A stretch of DNA of 64,000 nucleotides, from IMG/VR virus record IMGVR_UViG_3300017913_002196. One strand, written 5' to 3'. Of this stretch, positions 37,701 to 48,275 are shown piece after piece (positions within the stretch are counted from its first letter, which is position 1; every line of letters starts with the position of its first letter). Below the pieces are notes generated by a model. The model worked only from the letters and a program-made list of their open reading frames with translations, searched no databases and had not been told where the DNA came from. The translations under genes and the position numbers were made by a program. The stretch comes from an uncultured virus (IMG/VR IMGVR_UViG_3300017913_002196). Taxonomy: Duplodnaviria; Heunggongvirae; Uroviricota; Caudoviricetes.

Positions 37701-38491
37701 GCTCTACGTTCTGGCGAGTAACCCTGATCTTTTCTTTTACCTTTAAGATGATCTAAATACTTCCCGAGAGGTCCAGTAACAAAAGGATGACGAGATGAGC
37801 CATCGCCGATATCAATAGATACATTACCATTGGCTTCTTTTTCAACATATTTTTCAGCTGCCCACCAAACATAGCTATCATGCCATTCTTCAAGTTGAAA
37901 TAATGCTCCTTCATCATATAACCATTTCATTAGTTGAAAGTACCTATCATAGTACTTGTTTTGTGTATCCCATATCATGAAACCACACTCAGGGTATACA
38001 TTAGGACGACCAATTCTAGTCCATAGTTTACCCTCTTCTACTAAACTATTAAGAAAGTCTATAGGTATATTTTTAGTTGCAACTACATCAGCATCACACC
38101 AAACAATATATCTTGCCTCTGAATTTTGTCTAAAATGATCAATAGCATAATACTTATGACTAAACCTAGTAGCTTCGAATAAGTATCTAGAACCAGTAGT
38201 TACAGGTCCTTCTCTATGTGATCTAGGATCTTCTCCATTAGGTCCTAATACTTTTTCTTCCCATGGCGCTGCAAGAATAGAAAAGTCATTATACCTTTCA
38301 CCTATACTGTCTTCAAAACTTCTAAATGAAACGTTACCGTGTTGAGTTAAAGGTTCATCCATATCTTCATAGTAACAAGTTAAATGTACTTCAGATGGCC
38401 AAAACTCAGAAAAGGTTTCAACCATTCTGTCTCCATACTTATCGTATCCTGCTTTATGAAATGTAGTAACTACATCAAACTTATCTGCCAT
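37697..38491 (-). CDS. Putative glycosyltransferase (GT-A)
   Basis: RFSHK, WCDAD, ECGF, EWHDSYV, DHLKG.RK. Confidence 0.75.
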   Translation of the reverse strand: MADKFDVVTTFHKAGYDKYGDRMVETFSEFWPSEVHLTCYYEDMDEPLTQHGNVSFRSFEDSIGERYNDFSILAAPWEEKVLGPNGEDPRSHREGPVTTGSRYLFEATRFSHKYYAIDHFRQNSEARYIVWCDADVVATKNIPIDFLNSLVEEGKLWTRIGRPNVYPECGFMIWDTQNKYYDRYFQLMKWLYDEGALFQLEEWHDSYVWWAAEKYVEKEANGNVSIDIGDGSSRHPFVTGPLGKYLDHLKGKRKDQGYSPERRA

Positions 38492-39248
38492 GTGCTTGTA
38501 CTCTTTCTTTAGAAAAACCTACGTGCTTTCTTCCACCTTTCATATGGTCGAAATACTTACCTAATGGACCTGCTACTAAAGGATGTCTAGAGTTAACACC
38601 ATAACCTAGATCAGCAGTTGTAATTTTACCTTGCTCTTCTAATGTAAAGGTAGCATAATCAAAAGCATAACAATCATGAGACTCTTTAAACGTAAAAATT
38701 TTATCTTCTGTATAGCAGCTATCATAAAGATTACACCACTCTTTATGCATTTCATGTTCTGTATCCCAGATCATCATACCAGTCTCAGTAAACTTCTTTC
38801 GCTGTCTTCTATCAGGAAAAGAGTTATAGTGATTACCTTGTGTAAGATTGTCTAATAATTCAGTAGGTACATCTTGTAAGGTCATTAAGTCTGCATCTAA
38901 ATAGATGACGTATCTAGTTCTAGGATTACGTAACTCTTGTAATTGTGCATAGACTTTTTTACTAAACTTAACAGCCTGTCTTTTGCTAATATCACCACCT
39001 ACCATATCATCAAAGATATCTTTATCTTTATTACGTTCAGCAAAGTCTTTTGAACCTGTAATGTAATCATCAAAGTTTAGAATATGAACTCTACTAGAAG
39101 GTTCATATGGTATTTCTTGTTGTCCCTCCAAGTATACATATGCATTAATATCAGAAGGCCAATGCTTATCAAAAGAAGGTACGCTATGTTTTCCATAAAC
39201 GTCCCAATACTTAGTTGGAAAAGTCATAATGACTGAATAGTTACTCAT
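38481..39248 (-). CDS. Putative glycosyltransferase (paralog of the adjacent gene)
   Basis: KFSKK, YLDAD, ETG, HDCY, HPLV.GPLGKYFDHMKG.RK. Confidence 0.75.
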   Translation of the reverse strand: MSNYSVIMTFPTKYWDVYGKHSVPSFDKHWPSDINAYVYLEGQQEIPYEPSSRVHILNFDDYITGSKDFAERNKDKDIFDDMVGGDISKRQAVKFSKKVYAQLQELRNPRTRYVIYLDADLMTLQDVPTELLDNLTQGNHYNSFPDRRQRKKFTETGMMIWDTEHEMHKEWCNLYDSCYTEDKIFTFKESHDCYAFDYATFTLEEQGKITTADLGYGVNSRHPLVAGPLGKYFDHMKGGRKHVGFSKERVQAHGR

Positions 39249-39775
39249 GTTAAGTCCTGCATTATATCTATAGTAAGAGACTTAATGTTAATCTCTCTTG
39301 GTTGGTTAATCATCCACACGACAGCATTAGCGACATCTTCAGGTCTCATTTTAGGTGCATCAATATGTTCTACCATTTTAGTATTCATTCTACCTGGTTT
39401 GATAAGAGAAACTTTACATTTACTATTAACTAATGCTAATTGTTGACAAGCTTTCTCTAATGCTGCTTTATGTACACAGTAAGGATGTACTTTCATTCTG
39501 TCACCATCACTAGCAACAGAACCTACATTTATTATATGACAATATCTATCTTTGTTAGCTTCGACTAACTTATATAATATCTCTACTTGCGCAAACCCGT
39601 TGTGAGAACAATTTATATACACGTTAAAATCATTCTTGATAAACTTGTAAAGACTAAAGTCCATATCATATTCAGGTCTATCTAAACAAGTAACTTCTAA
39701 AAGAGGTGTATCTCTTTCTAACTTTTGTTTAATAGCAGAACCTAGTCCGCCTCTACTACCAGTTAAGTATATCAT
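39245..39775 (-). CDS. Short-chain dehydrogenase/reductase
   Basis: TGSRGGLG, INVGS, YCVHK (YxxxK), PG. Confidence 0.85.
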   Translation of the reverse strand: MIYLTGSRGGLGSAIKQKLERDTPLLEVTCLDRPEYDMDFSLYKFIKNDFNVYINCSHNGFAQVEILYKLVEANKDRYCHIINVGSVASDGDRMKVHPYCVHKAALEKACQQLALVNSKCKVSLIKPGRMNTKMVEHIDAPKMRPEDVANAVVWMINQPREINIKSLTIDIMQDLT

Positions 39776-40746
39776 TAATTACTATGCCGCCATATATCTT
39801 TTCTTACCATATCTTTAATCATAGCCTCGAAAGTCCATTCGGGTTCCCAACCTAGTTCTTTTTTAGCCTTATCAGAACTTGCATGTAAAGATACTAAGTC
39901 ATTAGGTCTAACAAATTCAGGATCAGATACTACATGCTTTTCCCAATTATCTATAGCCGCAGCATCGAAAGCTACTCTACAAAGATCTCTAATTGTCTTT
40001 TTAACACCTGTTGCAATAATATAATCTTTAGCTTCTTCTTGTTGCAACATTAACCATTGAGCTTTAACAAAGTCTTGGGCGTGACCCCAATCACGTTCAG
40101 CATCTAAGTTGCCTAACTTAATAACATCCTTCTTTCCATGATAGATTTGTGCTACACCATCAGTTACTTTACGAGTTACAAATTCAATACCTCTTAAGGG
40201 TGATTCATGATTGAATAAAACACCTGAACAAGCAAACATATCATAACTTTCTCTAAAGTTACGAGTAATATGATAACCAAACAGCTTAGCTACACCGTAA
40301 GGTGATGCCGGCATGAAAGCTGTTTCTTCTGTTTGTACACCATTAGTACTATTATTACCAAACATTTCAGACGTACCTGCTTGATAAAACTTAATCTTAG
40401 GATTAATACGTTTAATAGCTTCTAAAAAATTAAGAGGACCTAACGCATCAACTTGAGATGTAGTATGTGCTAATCTCCATGAGCTACCTACATAGCTTTG
40501 TGCAGCTAGGTTATAAACCTCTGTAGGTTCAGAAGCTTCAACAGCATCAAATAGACTACCAATGTCAGTTACATCGGCTGTAAATAGTTTTAAACCTCTT
40601 TCTCTTAGATCTAAAAAATCTAAATTAGAGTAGTTAGGTACGGAATACCTTTTTATAATACCATATACTTCATAACCTTTATCTAGTAAAAGGTCAGCTA
40701 AGTAACATGCATCTTGACCTGGAAAGCCAGATATTAATGCTCTCAT
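39775..40746 (-). CDS. gmd: GDP-mannose 4,6-dehydratase
   Basis: GFPGQD, YNLAAQS, QAGTSEMFG, SPYGVAK, FNHESPLRG.EFVTRK, RDWGHA. Confidence 0.96.
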   Translation of the reverse strand: MRALISGFPGQDACYLADLLLDKGYEVYGIIKRYSVPNYSNLDFLDLRERGLKLFTADVTDIGSLFDAVEASEPTEVYNLAAQSYVGSSWRLAHTTSQVDALGPLNFLEAIKRINPKIKFYQAGTSEMFGNNSTNGVQTEETAFMPASPYGVAKLFGYHITRNFRESYDMFACSGVLFNHESPLRGIEFVTRKVTDGVAQIYHGKKDVIKLGNLDAERDWGHAQDFVKAQWLMLQQEEAKDYIIATGVKKTIRDLCRVAFDAAAIDNWEKHVVSDPEFVRPNDLVSLHASSDKAKKELGWEPEWTFEAMIKDMVRKDIWRHSN

Positions 40747-41918
40747 ACAACACTCCTAATTAATTTACTAACAGCTTTGATCTTATCAGTTAAATCGACA
40801 CAATCATTACCAATAAAGAAACCGTTATCGTGAATATAGTCGGCGTTAGGACAGTCTGTCTTAATATGATTGAGATGATCAATAACTGGGTTTCTCATAA
40901 AGTTACCAGCAACAATAGGTCTACATTCAACACCTTGCGCTTGTAATGCATCAATAACTTCTCTTCTTCTACCTTCAAGGTTACCCATACAAGTTAAACC
41001 GAAACCGAACCAGCTGCTTTGTCCGATTTCGCTTTGTAAATGCATATGAGTAGAGTGTAACTCTTCTTGAGCAACAAGAGCGTTCTGTCTTCTCATCTTA
41101 AGCATCTCAGGCCATTTCTTCAATTGCTCTTGACCTACAGCACCAGACATTTCCAATGGTCTAACTGTATAACCCGGAAGAACAAACTTAAAACTATCTT
41201 CAAAAGGGTCACCTGTTTTATCTAATAAACTATTTTCATTAGGTAAATCTCTGATCCAACCATGCGCTCTCAGAGGAAGTAAATACTCATATAAGTCATC
41301 ATCATCTGTAACTACCATACCACCTTCCATAGTCTGTAGATGATGACTAAAGAAGAAACTAAAGGTACCCATTCTACCAAACGTAGCACATTGTTGACCG
41401 TTAAGTTTAGCACCTAGACTCTCACAATTATCTTCTAGCAATACAAGGTCATGTTGATTACATAAAGCTCTTAAGTCTTCTAAAGGACATGGATTACCTA
41501 GAAGGTTAACAGCGAAAACACCCACTGTGTACTCATCAATATTTTTTTCCACTGTCTGTACATCTAGATTATAAGTAAAAGGATTTACATCAACAAACTT
41601 AAGATCAAAATCATTTTGATGCACAGGAAAATAAGTAGTAGACCAACTAACAGCAGGTACTATAATATTAGGTTTAGCCTTACCTCTTACTTCTGTATTA
41701 AACTTAGGATGTAATTTAAGTGCAGATAGCATAATAAGATTAGCAGATGAACCACTATTAGTCATAACTGCATGTTTAGTGCCAAAGAAGTCGGCAAACT
41801 GTCTTTCATATTCTTTTACTTCAGGTCCCATTGTGTATCGGCCCGAATCAATAACTCTATGTAACGCAGCTATCTCAGCTGAGTCCCAAGTGTCGCTTGA
41901 TAAACCATAATTAATCAT
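40743..41918 (-). CDS. DegT-family PLP enzyme, ColD-like GDP-4-keto-6-deoxymannose 3-dehydratase
   Basis: NSGSSANL, VPAVSWSTT, EDNCESLG, FSHHLQTMEGG (His in place of the catalytic Lys), RPIVAGNF. Confidence 0.88.
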   Translation of the reverse strand: MINYGLSSDTWDSAEIAALHRVIDSGRYTMGPEVKEYERQFADFFGTKHAVMTNSGSSANLIMLSALKLHPKFNTEVRGKAKPNIIVPAVSWSTTYFPVHQNDFDLKFVDVNPFTYNLDVQTVEKNIDEYTVGVFAVNLLGNPCPLEDLRALCNQHDLVLLEDNCESLGAKLNGQQCATFGRMGTFSFFFSHHLQTMEGGMVVTDDDDLYEYLLPLRAHGWIRDLPNENSLLDKTGDPFEDSFKFVLPGYTVRPLEMSGAVGQEQLKKWPEMLKMRRQNALVAQEELHSTHMHLQSEIGQSSWFGFGLTCMGNLEGRRREVIDALQAQGVECRPIVAGNFMRNPVIDHLNHIKTDCPNADYIHDNGFFIGNDCVDLTDKIKAVSKLIRSVV

Positions 41919-42537
41919 ATACTACCTCTATGCTATTCTTCACATCTCTATACTGGTTAATTTTTTTAATTAGATCAAAGTCAGGTTTAAACACTTTCAT
42001 AATCTTCTCGATGGTTTTAACTTTAGGTTTTGCTTTTCTATTTCTAGAAGCGTTTACCCCTGTACTTTTTAATTTGACTTTAATAAGGTTATGCTCTTCA
42101 CAAAACATATCTAAATCTTCTTGTAATTTTTCTACTCTAAGCAAATTTTCTACAGGCAAATCTTTAACCCATTCAGATTGAGTAAGTACACCAAATCTTT
42201 GTACAAGTATATTATAACCTTTCCCTTCAATAAAGTCATCAAAGGTTTTAAACTTTTTTACAGATAGTTCTATCTTAGATCTTTGCGCATGAAAGCCAGC
42301 GAAGTAATAATAACTTTGCAGCCAGTCAATAGGATTTCTTATTGTAGCAAAGAAGTAATCAAAATTATCTAAATTATAATCTTCTAAATGAAAATGAACT
42401 GTATTTTTAACACCTCTTTTTGGTCTTCCTCTAGATTTAGGAGGAATGTATAGCCCGTGATCAGATAAGGTGTTACGAATAGTTCTACCAGCAGTCTTAG
42501 GAATGTGAATAAAACCAACTCTATTAAAATTATTCAA
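41911..42537 (-). CDS. Sulfotransferase family protein
   Basis: FIHIPKTAG, RNP...QS.Y. Confidence 0.85.
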   Translation of the reverse strand: MNNFNRVGFIHIPKTAGRTIRNTLSDHGLYIPPKSRGRPKRGVKNTVHFHLEDYNLDNFDYFFATIRNPIDWLQSYYYFAGFHAQRSKIELSVKKFKTFDDFIEGKGYNILVQRFGVLTQSEWVKDLPVENLLRVEKLQEDLDMFCEEHNLIKVKLKSTGVNASRNRKAKPKVKTIEKIMKVFKPDFDLIKKINQYRDVKNSIEVVYD

Positions 42538-43462
42538 GACCTGCTCTTTGTAAATAATAAATTAACCAGTTAGGATCAGCCATTTCATCGACTGTCCAAC
42601 TAGTATATGCCCAATCGTTAAGGTATTGTTCTCTTTCATTCCAGTCTACAGTTTCTAGATAATTCAACTTACTAAAATCATGCATGCAAGCATCATAAAC
42701 TACACATCTTTCATCTAGCGCAATTGTTGGAATGCCTTCTGTTAGAGCTTCACATGCAGCAGATGAGCTATGTGTTACTACTACACCTGCATTCTTAATA
42801 GACTCAATTACTGACATTCTATTTTTATCAGCACGTTCTATAACTATATCTTCATAACCATCAGCTATCATCTCTGTTGGATTTCTATCTAAGTTAGGAT
42901 GAGCTCTTAATATAATTTTTCTATCAGTATTAGACCTAATTTGTTTAACTATATTTCTAGCCCATGCATAGAAGGGAAGATGCTCATCATACTGCCACCC
43001 TCTCTCTGATTGCAACAAGAATAAAATAGGAGCTTTATTGTCTATCTTAGGTTCTTTTTCTGTAAAACCAAAAGCTTCTTTCATCCATTCATATCTTTGC
43101 GAGTCAGAATTCTTATTGAGAAAATCTCCGGTACCTACACAATCACCATACCCCACTCTAAACATAAAAGTTTCTGAACTACTCATTGCATTTCTAATGT
43201 AAGTAGAGAACAATGCTGAGTCAAGAGAGAAGATAGGTATACCTTTGTCTCTATGTCTTTGTATAGAAATAGCTCTTTCTGTATCCATTTTACGTTTAGT
43301 AATAGAACCAAACACAAATACAACATCCGGATCTTCGTGAACTATTTCATGACCTGCTCCTTCAATAGAAGCTTGTATAGCATGAAAAGCTGCTGTAATC
43401 GGATTAGAAAGAATGTGGCGTTTGCTAGCCTTTATAGTTGAGAAATCGCATTGAATTTTCAT
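42530..43462 (-). CDS. Putative GT-B glycosyltransferase (KpsS/KpsC-like)
   Basis: IILRAHP, VVTHSSSAACEA..EGIP, YTSWT..E; start uncertain (43462 or 43477). Confidence 0.65.
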   Translation of the reverse strand: MKIQCDFSTIKASKRHILSNPITAAFHAIQASIEGAGHEIVHEDPDVVFVFGSITKRKMDTERAISIQRHRDKGIPIFSLDSALFSTYIRNAMSSSETFMFRVGYGDCVGTGDFLNKNSDSQRYEWMKEAFGFTEKEPKIDNKAPILFLLQSERGWQYDEHLPFYAWARNIVKQIRSNTDRKIILRAHPNLDRNPTEMIADGYEDIVIERADKNRMSVIESIKNAGVVVTHSSSAACEALTEGIPTIALDERCVVYDACMHDFSKLNYLETVDWNEREQYLNDWAYTSWTVDEMADPNWLIYYLQRAGLE

Positions 43463-44198
43463 AACATATACCTTCACGCATTTCTTTTATAGAGTATTGT
43501 TTGTAAGCTAAATTATAAAAGAGATGCTCTCTATCGTATTTATAAGGATTTTCTATATCGGAAAGATTCCAATTTGTACACCAGGCAGAAGGAGCATACT
43601 GAGAAGTACCAAAAACAGGAACACCATAGGCCAGCGCATCAACTGCACATAACGATCCGCTAACGACAACAGCATGACAGTTATCAAGATCGGACTCAAG
43701 AGAAGTATCAGCAACGCTAGGACCGCTAGTGCCGCGTTTTCTAGGCTTAAGACGGACTTTAATTGGCCTTTTTGTATATTTTTTAATTTCTGCAGATGTT
43801 TTCTTAACCCACTCATCTACGTTACCTCCATGCATGTAGAAAGTCATAGTCTCTGAAGAAGGACATAATAGAATATGTTCACCGTCATTTTTCCATGGCT
43901 CAATTTTTCTATTCCAGTTTTCAAATCTATCAGCTGGTACATCAAGCTTTCTATTATCATGTAAAGACTGATAACACCATCTCCAATATGTATTATCCCA
44001 ATCTACATTATTAGGATCATATCTTCCATTATAGGGCATATCACAAAAGATAAAATCACCTTGCATGTAAAGCATATTGTTGCCAATTAGGCCCCATAAA
44101 ACATATCTATCAAAATCGTGAGAGTTAGTTGTTGCACCAGGCCAACCTTTTTCTAGTGCTGCGTATATTTTTTCCATCTTAGGAGATGGTCTTGGCAT
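43425..44198 (-). CDS. Putative GT-B glycosyltransferase (KpsS/KpsC-like)
   Basis: ILLCPSS, IKVRLKP, S.CAVDALAYGVPVF, LAYKQY...E. Confidence 0.65.
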   Translation of the reverse strand: MPRPSPKMEKIYAALEKGWPGATTNSHDFDRYVLWGLIGNNMLYMQGDFIFCDMPYNGRYDPNNVDWDNTYWRWCYQSLHDNRKLDVPADRFENWNRKIEPWKNDGEHILLCPSSETMTFYMHGGNVDEWVKKTSAEIKKYTKRPIKVRLKPRKRGTSGPSVADTSLESDLDNCHAVVVSGSLCAVDALAYGVPVFGTSQYAPSAWCTNWNLSDIENPYKYDREHLFYNLAYKQYSIKEMREGICYENSMRFLNYKG

Positions 44199-44214
44199 TA
44201 TTAGACTTAATCTT

Positions 44215-44412
44215 TCAACCAAATTTTGCTGCATAAGCTTCTTCAAAACCTTCTTCGTAGATATATGTTTCTTCGTTATACCAAGTACGTCTTACATAAC
44301 CATCATAACATTGTTCTGCTATTTCATCAGTTGTAATATAACCTTTGACAATCCAGAACATTTTATGCATCTCTTTATGACTTACCAGAGATGTTTTTTT
44401 AGTCTCTGCCAT
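44215..44412 (-). CDS. Hypothetical protein
   Basis: Coupled ORF. Confidence 0.6.
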   Translation of the reverse strand: MAETKKTSLVSHKEMHKMFWIVKGYITTDEIAEQCYDGYVRRTWYNEETYIYEEGFEEAYAAKFG

Positions 44413-45236
44413 GGAATACCTTTAGCAATTTCATCAGGCCACCATTCAATATGAACTAATTCTTTTAACCATTGTGTTCTGTCTTCTTGAGGTGGTGCAG
44501 TTAAGTCAGCCCAACTTCTCATAGACATAGGATAAGCAAATGATTGTGTACCTGTAAACGTGTATACACCATTTATTGTAGCTTCTATAGCTGGATTGGA
44601 AGAATGATTAACTAGGCAATAACTTCTATCTAAGATGTCTTTAAAGTTAAAATTATCTTCTACACCGGTATGCCTGGGAGTGTCGAAGAACACATCCCTA
44701 TTTTCTCTAGCAATTCTATGAAAGTCTGTAATTCTGTCTCTAGGATGGGGTCTGATGACGATGTCTTTATCGCTATATTCTCTAATATTTGTAATAGCGT
44801 TCTGTACATATGTTTCAACTGTTGGCATTGTAGACCATTGATGAGAGTCTGGTCGTTGTGTAGCGATTGTAATAAATTGTCCATCTTCTATCCACGGTTT
44901 AAGTTTAATGCCAAACTTATCTACTCTATCTTCGATAAGATCTTCTTTATTTGCAAAATTGGCACCGTTGTTAATACCACCGATGCCAACACGCCAAGTT
45001 TCATTTCTTTTGAGAGCGCCTACTTCAATAACTATTATAGGTTTGCCGCGGCTATTGTAATGTTCCCATACTTGTTTGTTGGGCGCCATTCTACCTGCGA
45101 ATAGTATTGACCAGATGACTGCAACGTCTGCTTCCATGTCGTTCCATACGACATGTTCGTCACATCCTTCTGCGAAGGCGTCAAAGATTGGAGGAGAGTT
45201 AAGAGCTCCGTACTGACTAAAGAGTGATACACGCAT
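44382..45236 (-). CDS. Putative GT-B glycosyltransferase (KpsS/KpsC-like)
   Basis: IEVG.L.R..TWRVG.GG, VIRPHP, SSNPAIEA..G, EW..DEI..G.PW. Confidence 0.7.
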   Translation of the reverse strand: MRVSLFSQYGALNSPPIFDAFAEGCDEHVVWNDMEADVAVIWSILFAGRMAPNKQVWEHYNSRGKPIIVIEVGALKRNETWRVGIGGINNGANFANKEDLIEDRVDKFGIKLKPWIEDGQFITIATQRPDSHQWSTMPTVETYVQNAITNIREYSDKDIVIRPHPRDRITDFHRIARENRDVFFDTPRHTGVEDNFNFKDILDRSYCLVNHSSNPAIEATINGVYTFTGTQSFAYPMSMRSWADLTAPPQEDRTQWLKELVHIEWWPDEIAKGIPWQRLKKHLW

Positions 45237-45250
45237 ACAGTCATTATAGA

Positions 45251-46561
45251 CTACTTAGGATAATTTTTCAGATTAACGATAGTTTTTCTTTGTTTATCTA
45301 AAGGATCAGATGCTAATTTAGCTCCACCTTTGCCATCTGATGCTGGGTCGCCTTTCTTAAGTTGACCTGATCTAGTAAAGTATGTACCTGGAGGTGCTTC
45401 TTTAGTCTCTTTTCGTAATGTAGGTCTATTATCATCTTGCTTTTGCATTGCTGCGATACGTTCTTTTGATGCACCTGTTTTTACTTTACCACTATCAACA
45501 GCTTTTTTAGTAAAAGCGTCTTCATCTACATCATCATTTATACTTTTACCTTTATAAAAATCATGTGTCATTCTCTTAACTTTAGGATTAGGAATTTTTA
45601 GATTTTTAAGTTTAGGGTCTTGAATAAACTTCTTCTTAGGAGTTTCTTCTATATCTTCTTTCATTGCATGCTGTTTTTCATGATTGCTCATAATTCTGTC
45701 TAATGAGTTTTGACCCAAGTGAGCGTTCTTCTTATACACTTCTGCAGCTGCTTTAGCTTTTTCTTTTGAGTCATAATGTGCAGAACTCAAGTAAGAAGTT
45801 TTACTACCTTTTTTAAGATGTGCTCTATATGCACCTTTCTTAAACTGGCTAGCTTCAGCACCTGCTTTGTATTCCATAAGCTCTTCTTCTGTCATTGAAA
45901 AGATATTAGTATCTAAAGTTTCATCAACTTTATTTTTTGCCATATTGAGACGCTTAACTGTTTCTCTAAAAGACTTAGTACGGCCATCAATCTTATCTTC
46001 CTTGATACCTAGTCTCTTCATATACATAGTCTTTGTATGCTTAGGCATCCCTTGTAGTAAAAGTTTTACGTTATCTTCTTCACCTGTCTTCATCATATCT
46101 TTAAAAGTTTTAAGAACTTTTTGATCGATACCTTCGGCTACTTTTGAAATAGGAACATGTTTCTTTTCTTCATTAGCTTGTAGCTTTGCAGCAATAGCCA
46201 TTTGACGTCTCTTAGCTTTTGACTTACCATCGAACTGAGGTGCGTCTGACTTATAGAAGTCATCAATTACATCACCCATATCTGCTTTTTTCATATTCAT
46301 CTTTTCTACTAAGAAAGGATTATCACCTGTAAGTACAGAAACTTCATCCATGTCTTCACTCCTTAACATATTCCATCTAGCGTGTTGCATATAGTTGTCA
46401 CCAAACTCTGCTTCTGCATCTTGGTTTGAAATAGGAACAACTTCATCTACGTTACCATCACCAAACATTCTTTTAGCACGTTTACTAGCTTTTGATCTAG
46501 TATAATCGTGTAACAGAACACCTGGTTGGTCGTTATGCATACGTACGTAAAATAATTTCAT
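45251..46561 (-). CDS. Modular, highly charged hypothetical protein (possible internal head protein)
   Basis: Modules IDDFYKSDAPQF.GKS..KRRQMAIAA and DGRTKSFRET separated by xxE sites; TAAATA upstream. Confidence 0.6.
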   Translation of the reverse strand: MKLFYVRMHNDQPGVLLHDYTRSKASKRAKRMFGDGNVDEVVPISNQDAEAEFGDNYMQHARWNMLRSEDMDEVSVLTGDNPFLVEKMNMKKADMGDVIDDFYKSDAPQFDGKSKAKRRQMAIAAKLQANEEKKHVPISKVAEGIDQKVLKTFKDMMKTGEEDNVKLLLQGMPKHTKTMYMKRLGIKEDKIDGRTKSFRETVKRLNMAKNKVDETLDTNIFSMTEEELMEYKAGAEASQFKKGAYRAHLKKGSKTSYLSSAHYDSKEKAKAAAEVYKKNAHLGQNSLDRIMSNHEKQHAMKEDIEETPKKKFIQDPKLKNLKIPNPKVKRMTHDFYKGKSINDDVDEDAFTKKAVDSGKVKTGASKERIAAMQKQDDNRPTLRKETKEAPPGTYFTRSGQLKKGDPASDGKGGAKLASDPLDKQRKTIVNLKNYPK

Positions 46562-46571
46562 ATGTTATTTA

Positions 46572-48275
46572 TTATTTTTTAGAGTCTTTTATTTTCGAGA
46601 AGTTGCCGTCTTTATAGAACTCAATTAGTGACTTGAATCGATCACCGTTTTGACTCTTATGAGAGATAACAAACACGTTAGTCTTATCTAACCCACCTAG
46701 AATATCCCATAACACATCCGTAGCTTCTGCATCAAGAGAACTATCACCTACTTCATCCATAATAAGTAGATTAGTATTGACACTATTCTTTAACTTAGCA
46801 ATCTCGCGCCAAGTAAACATTAGCGCTAAGTCAATACGCATCTTCTCACCTTCAGAAAACGAAGCATATGAGAAAGTATCTCTATATCTAGACTTAATAA
46901 CTTCATTAAACGATTCATCTAGATGGAACGAATAATTGGCACCCATACGATCTAAGTATTGATTAATCAATTGATTCATTACGGGTAGGTATTGTTTGAT
47001 AATCTTAGCCTTAATACCATCATCTTTCAATAAGATCTTACAGATTTCATAGTAGTGTTTTAACTCTACTAACTCATGACCTTCTTTCTCAAGTGTCTTA
47101 AACTCTTTATCTAATACATCTAGTTCTTCTTGAGCTTGTTTAAGAGATTGTTCGTCTGATTCTTCAGTACGCGAGTTAAGATTACCATATAAAGTATACA
47201 AAGCTTTGCGTTGATTAACATGATCTTTTCTCAACTCTATTAGAGAGTTATACTGTTCTTTAATATCATTAGCATGTGTAATCTTTTCTTCTAGTTTACT
47301 ATACGCGTCTAGTACTATAGGTTTTAAACTTTCTAACTTATCTGCTTCTGTACGTAACGCAACTAATTGCTCTTCTTTAATAGAAGAGTCTATATCTTGT
47401 CTACATACATGACAGTTATCATTCGATTCATAGAACTCTATTCTACTATCTACGTTCTTTCTTTTTTCTTTTATCTCAAAGCCTTTAAACTTAGCAGCTG
47501 ATAACTTATCATTTAACTCATCTGTATCAATAAGTTCAATCTGATTAATTTCACTATCTGTTTCTGCAATCTTAGACTCGATAAGACTAATCTGACCATC
47601 AATCTTATTCTTCTCTTGTAATATCTTTTCTTCTGATTCTTTAGATCTATTTACTAGGTTATTAATAAGACCTTTTTGACCTGATATCTTAGTCTTAGCT
47701 ATCTCTTTCTGATACTCATTCTCTTTTATGTCGAGTTCAGTATTTTGCATCTTAGTTTTTAAGATAGTATTCATCTTAGAGAAAACAGTAATATCTAATA
47801 TCTCTTCGATAATAACTCTACGGTCATTAGTAGTTAAGTCCATAAACGATTGATATCTAGCAGAACCTAGAATAACAATCTGTGTAAATGCTTTATAGTT
47901 AAGACCTATAATATCTTCTAGTTTCTTTTGATAGTCCTTGATAGCAGCATCATGAGGTATAAGTTTTTCATTTCTGTATATCTCAAACTTATTGGGTTTA
48001 ACACCTCTAACTACTTTATAGTCTACTTCATTAACCGTAAACTCGACTTGTACTTCTAAGCCTTTCTCGTTTACAGTATTCATAAGTTGTGGTTTACTAA
48101 TGTTACGATAAGGTTTACCAAACACACCAAAACATAACGCATCTAAGATAGTAGATTTACCTGAACCATTTTGACCAGTAATAAGAACCGAAGGTACTCT
48201 ATTCAATAGAATAACGTTCGGTGTGTTACCAGTAGAAAGAAAGTTCTTATAGGAGACTGTCTTAAAAGTAATCAT
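46572..48275 (-). CDS. 46: Recombination endonuclease subunit gp46 (Rad50/SbcC-like)
   Basis: KNFLSTGN, GQNGSGKST, CHVC zinc hook, FSEGEK.RIDLAL, MDE. Confidence 0.97.
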   Translation of the reverse strand: MITFKTVSYKNFLSTGNTPNVILLNRVPSVLITGQNGSGKSTILDALCFGVFGKPYRNISKPQLMNTVNEKGLEVQVEFTVNEVDYKVVRGVKPNKFEIYRNEKLIPHDAAIKDYQKKLEDIIGLNYKAFTQIVILGSARYQSFMDLTTNDRRVIIEEILDITVFSKMNTILKTKMQNTELDIKENEYQKEIAKTKISGQKGLINNLVNRSKESEEKILQEKNKIDGQISLIESKIAETDSEINQIELIDTDELNDKLSAAKFKGFEIKEKRKNVDSRIEFYESNDNCHVCRQDIDSSIKEEQLVALRTEADKLESLKPIVLDAYSKLEEKITHANDIKEQYNSLIELRKDHVNQRKALYTLYGNLNSRTEESDEQSLKQAQEELDVLDKEFKTLEKEGHELVELKHYYEICKILLKDDGIKAKIIKQYLPVMNQLINQYLDRMGANYSFHLDESFNEVIKSRYRDTFSYASFSEGEKMRIDLALMFTWREIAKLKNSVNTNLLIMDEVGDSSLDAEATDVLWDILGGLDKTNVFVISHKSQNGDRFKSLIEFYKDGNFSKIKDSKK

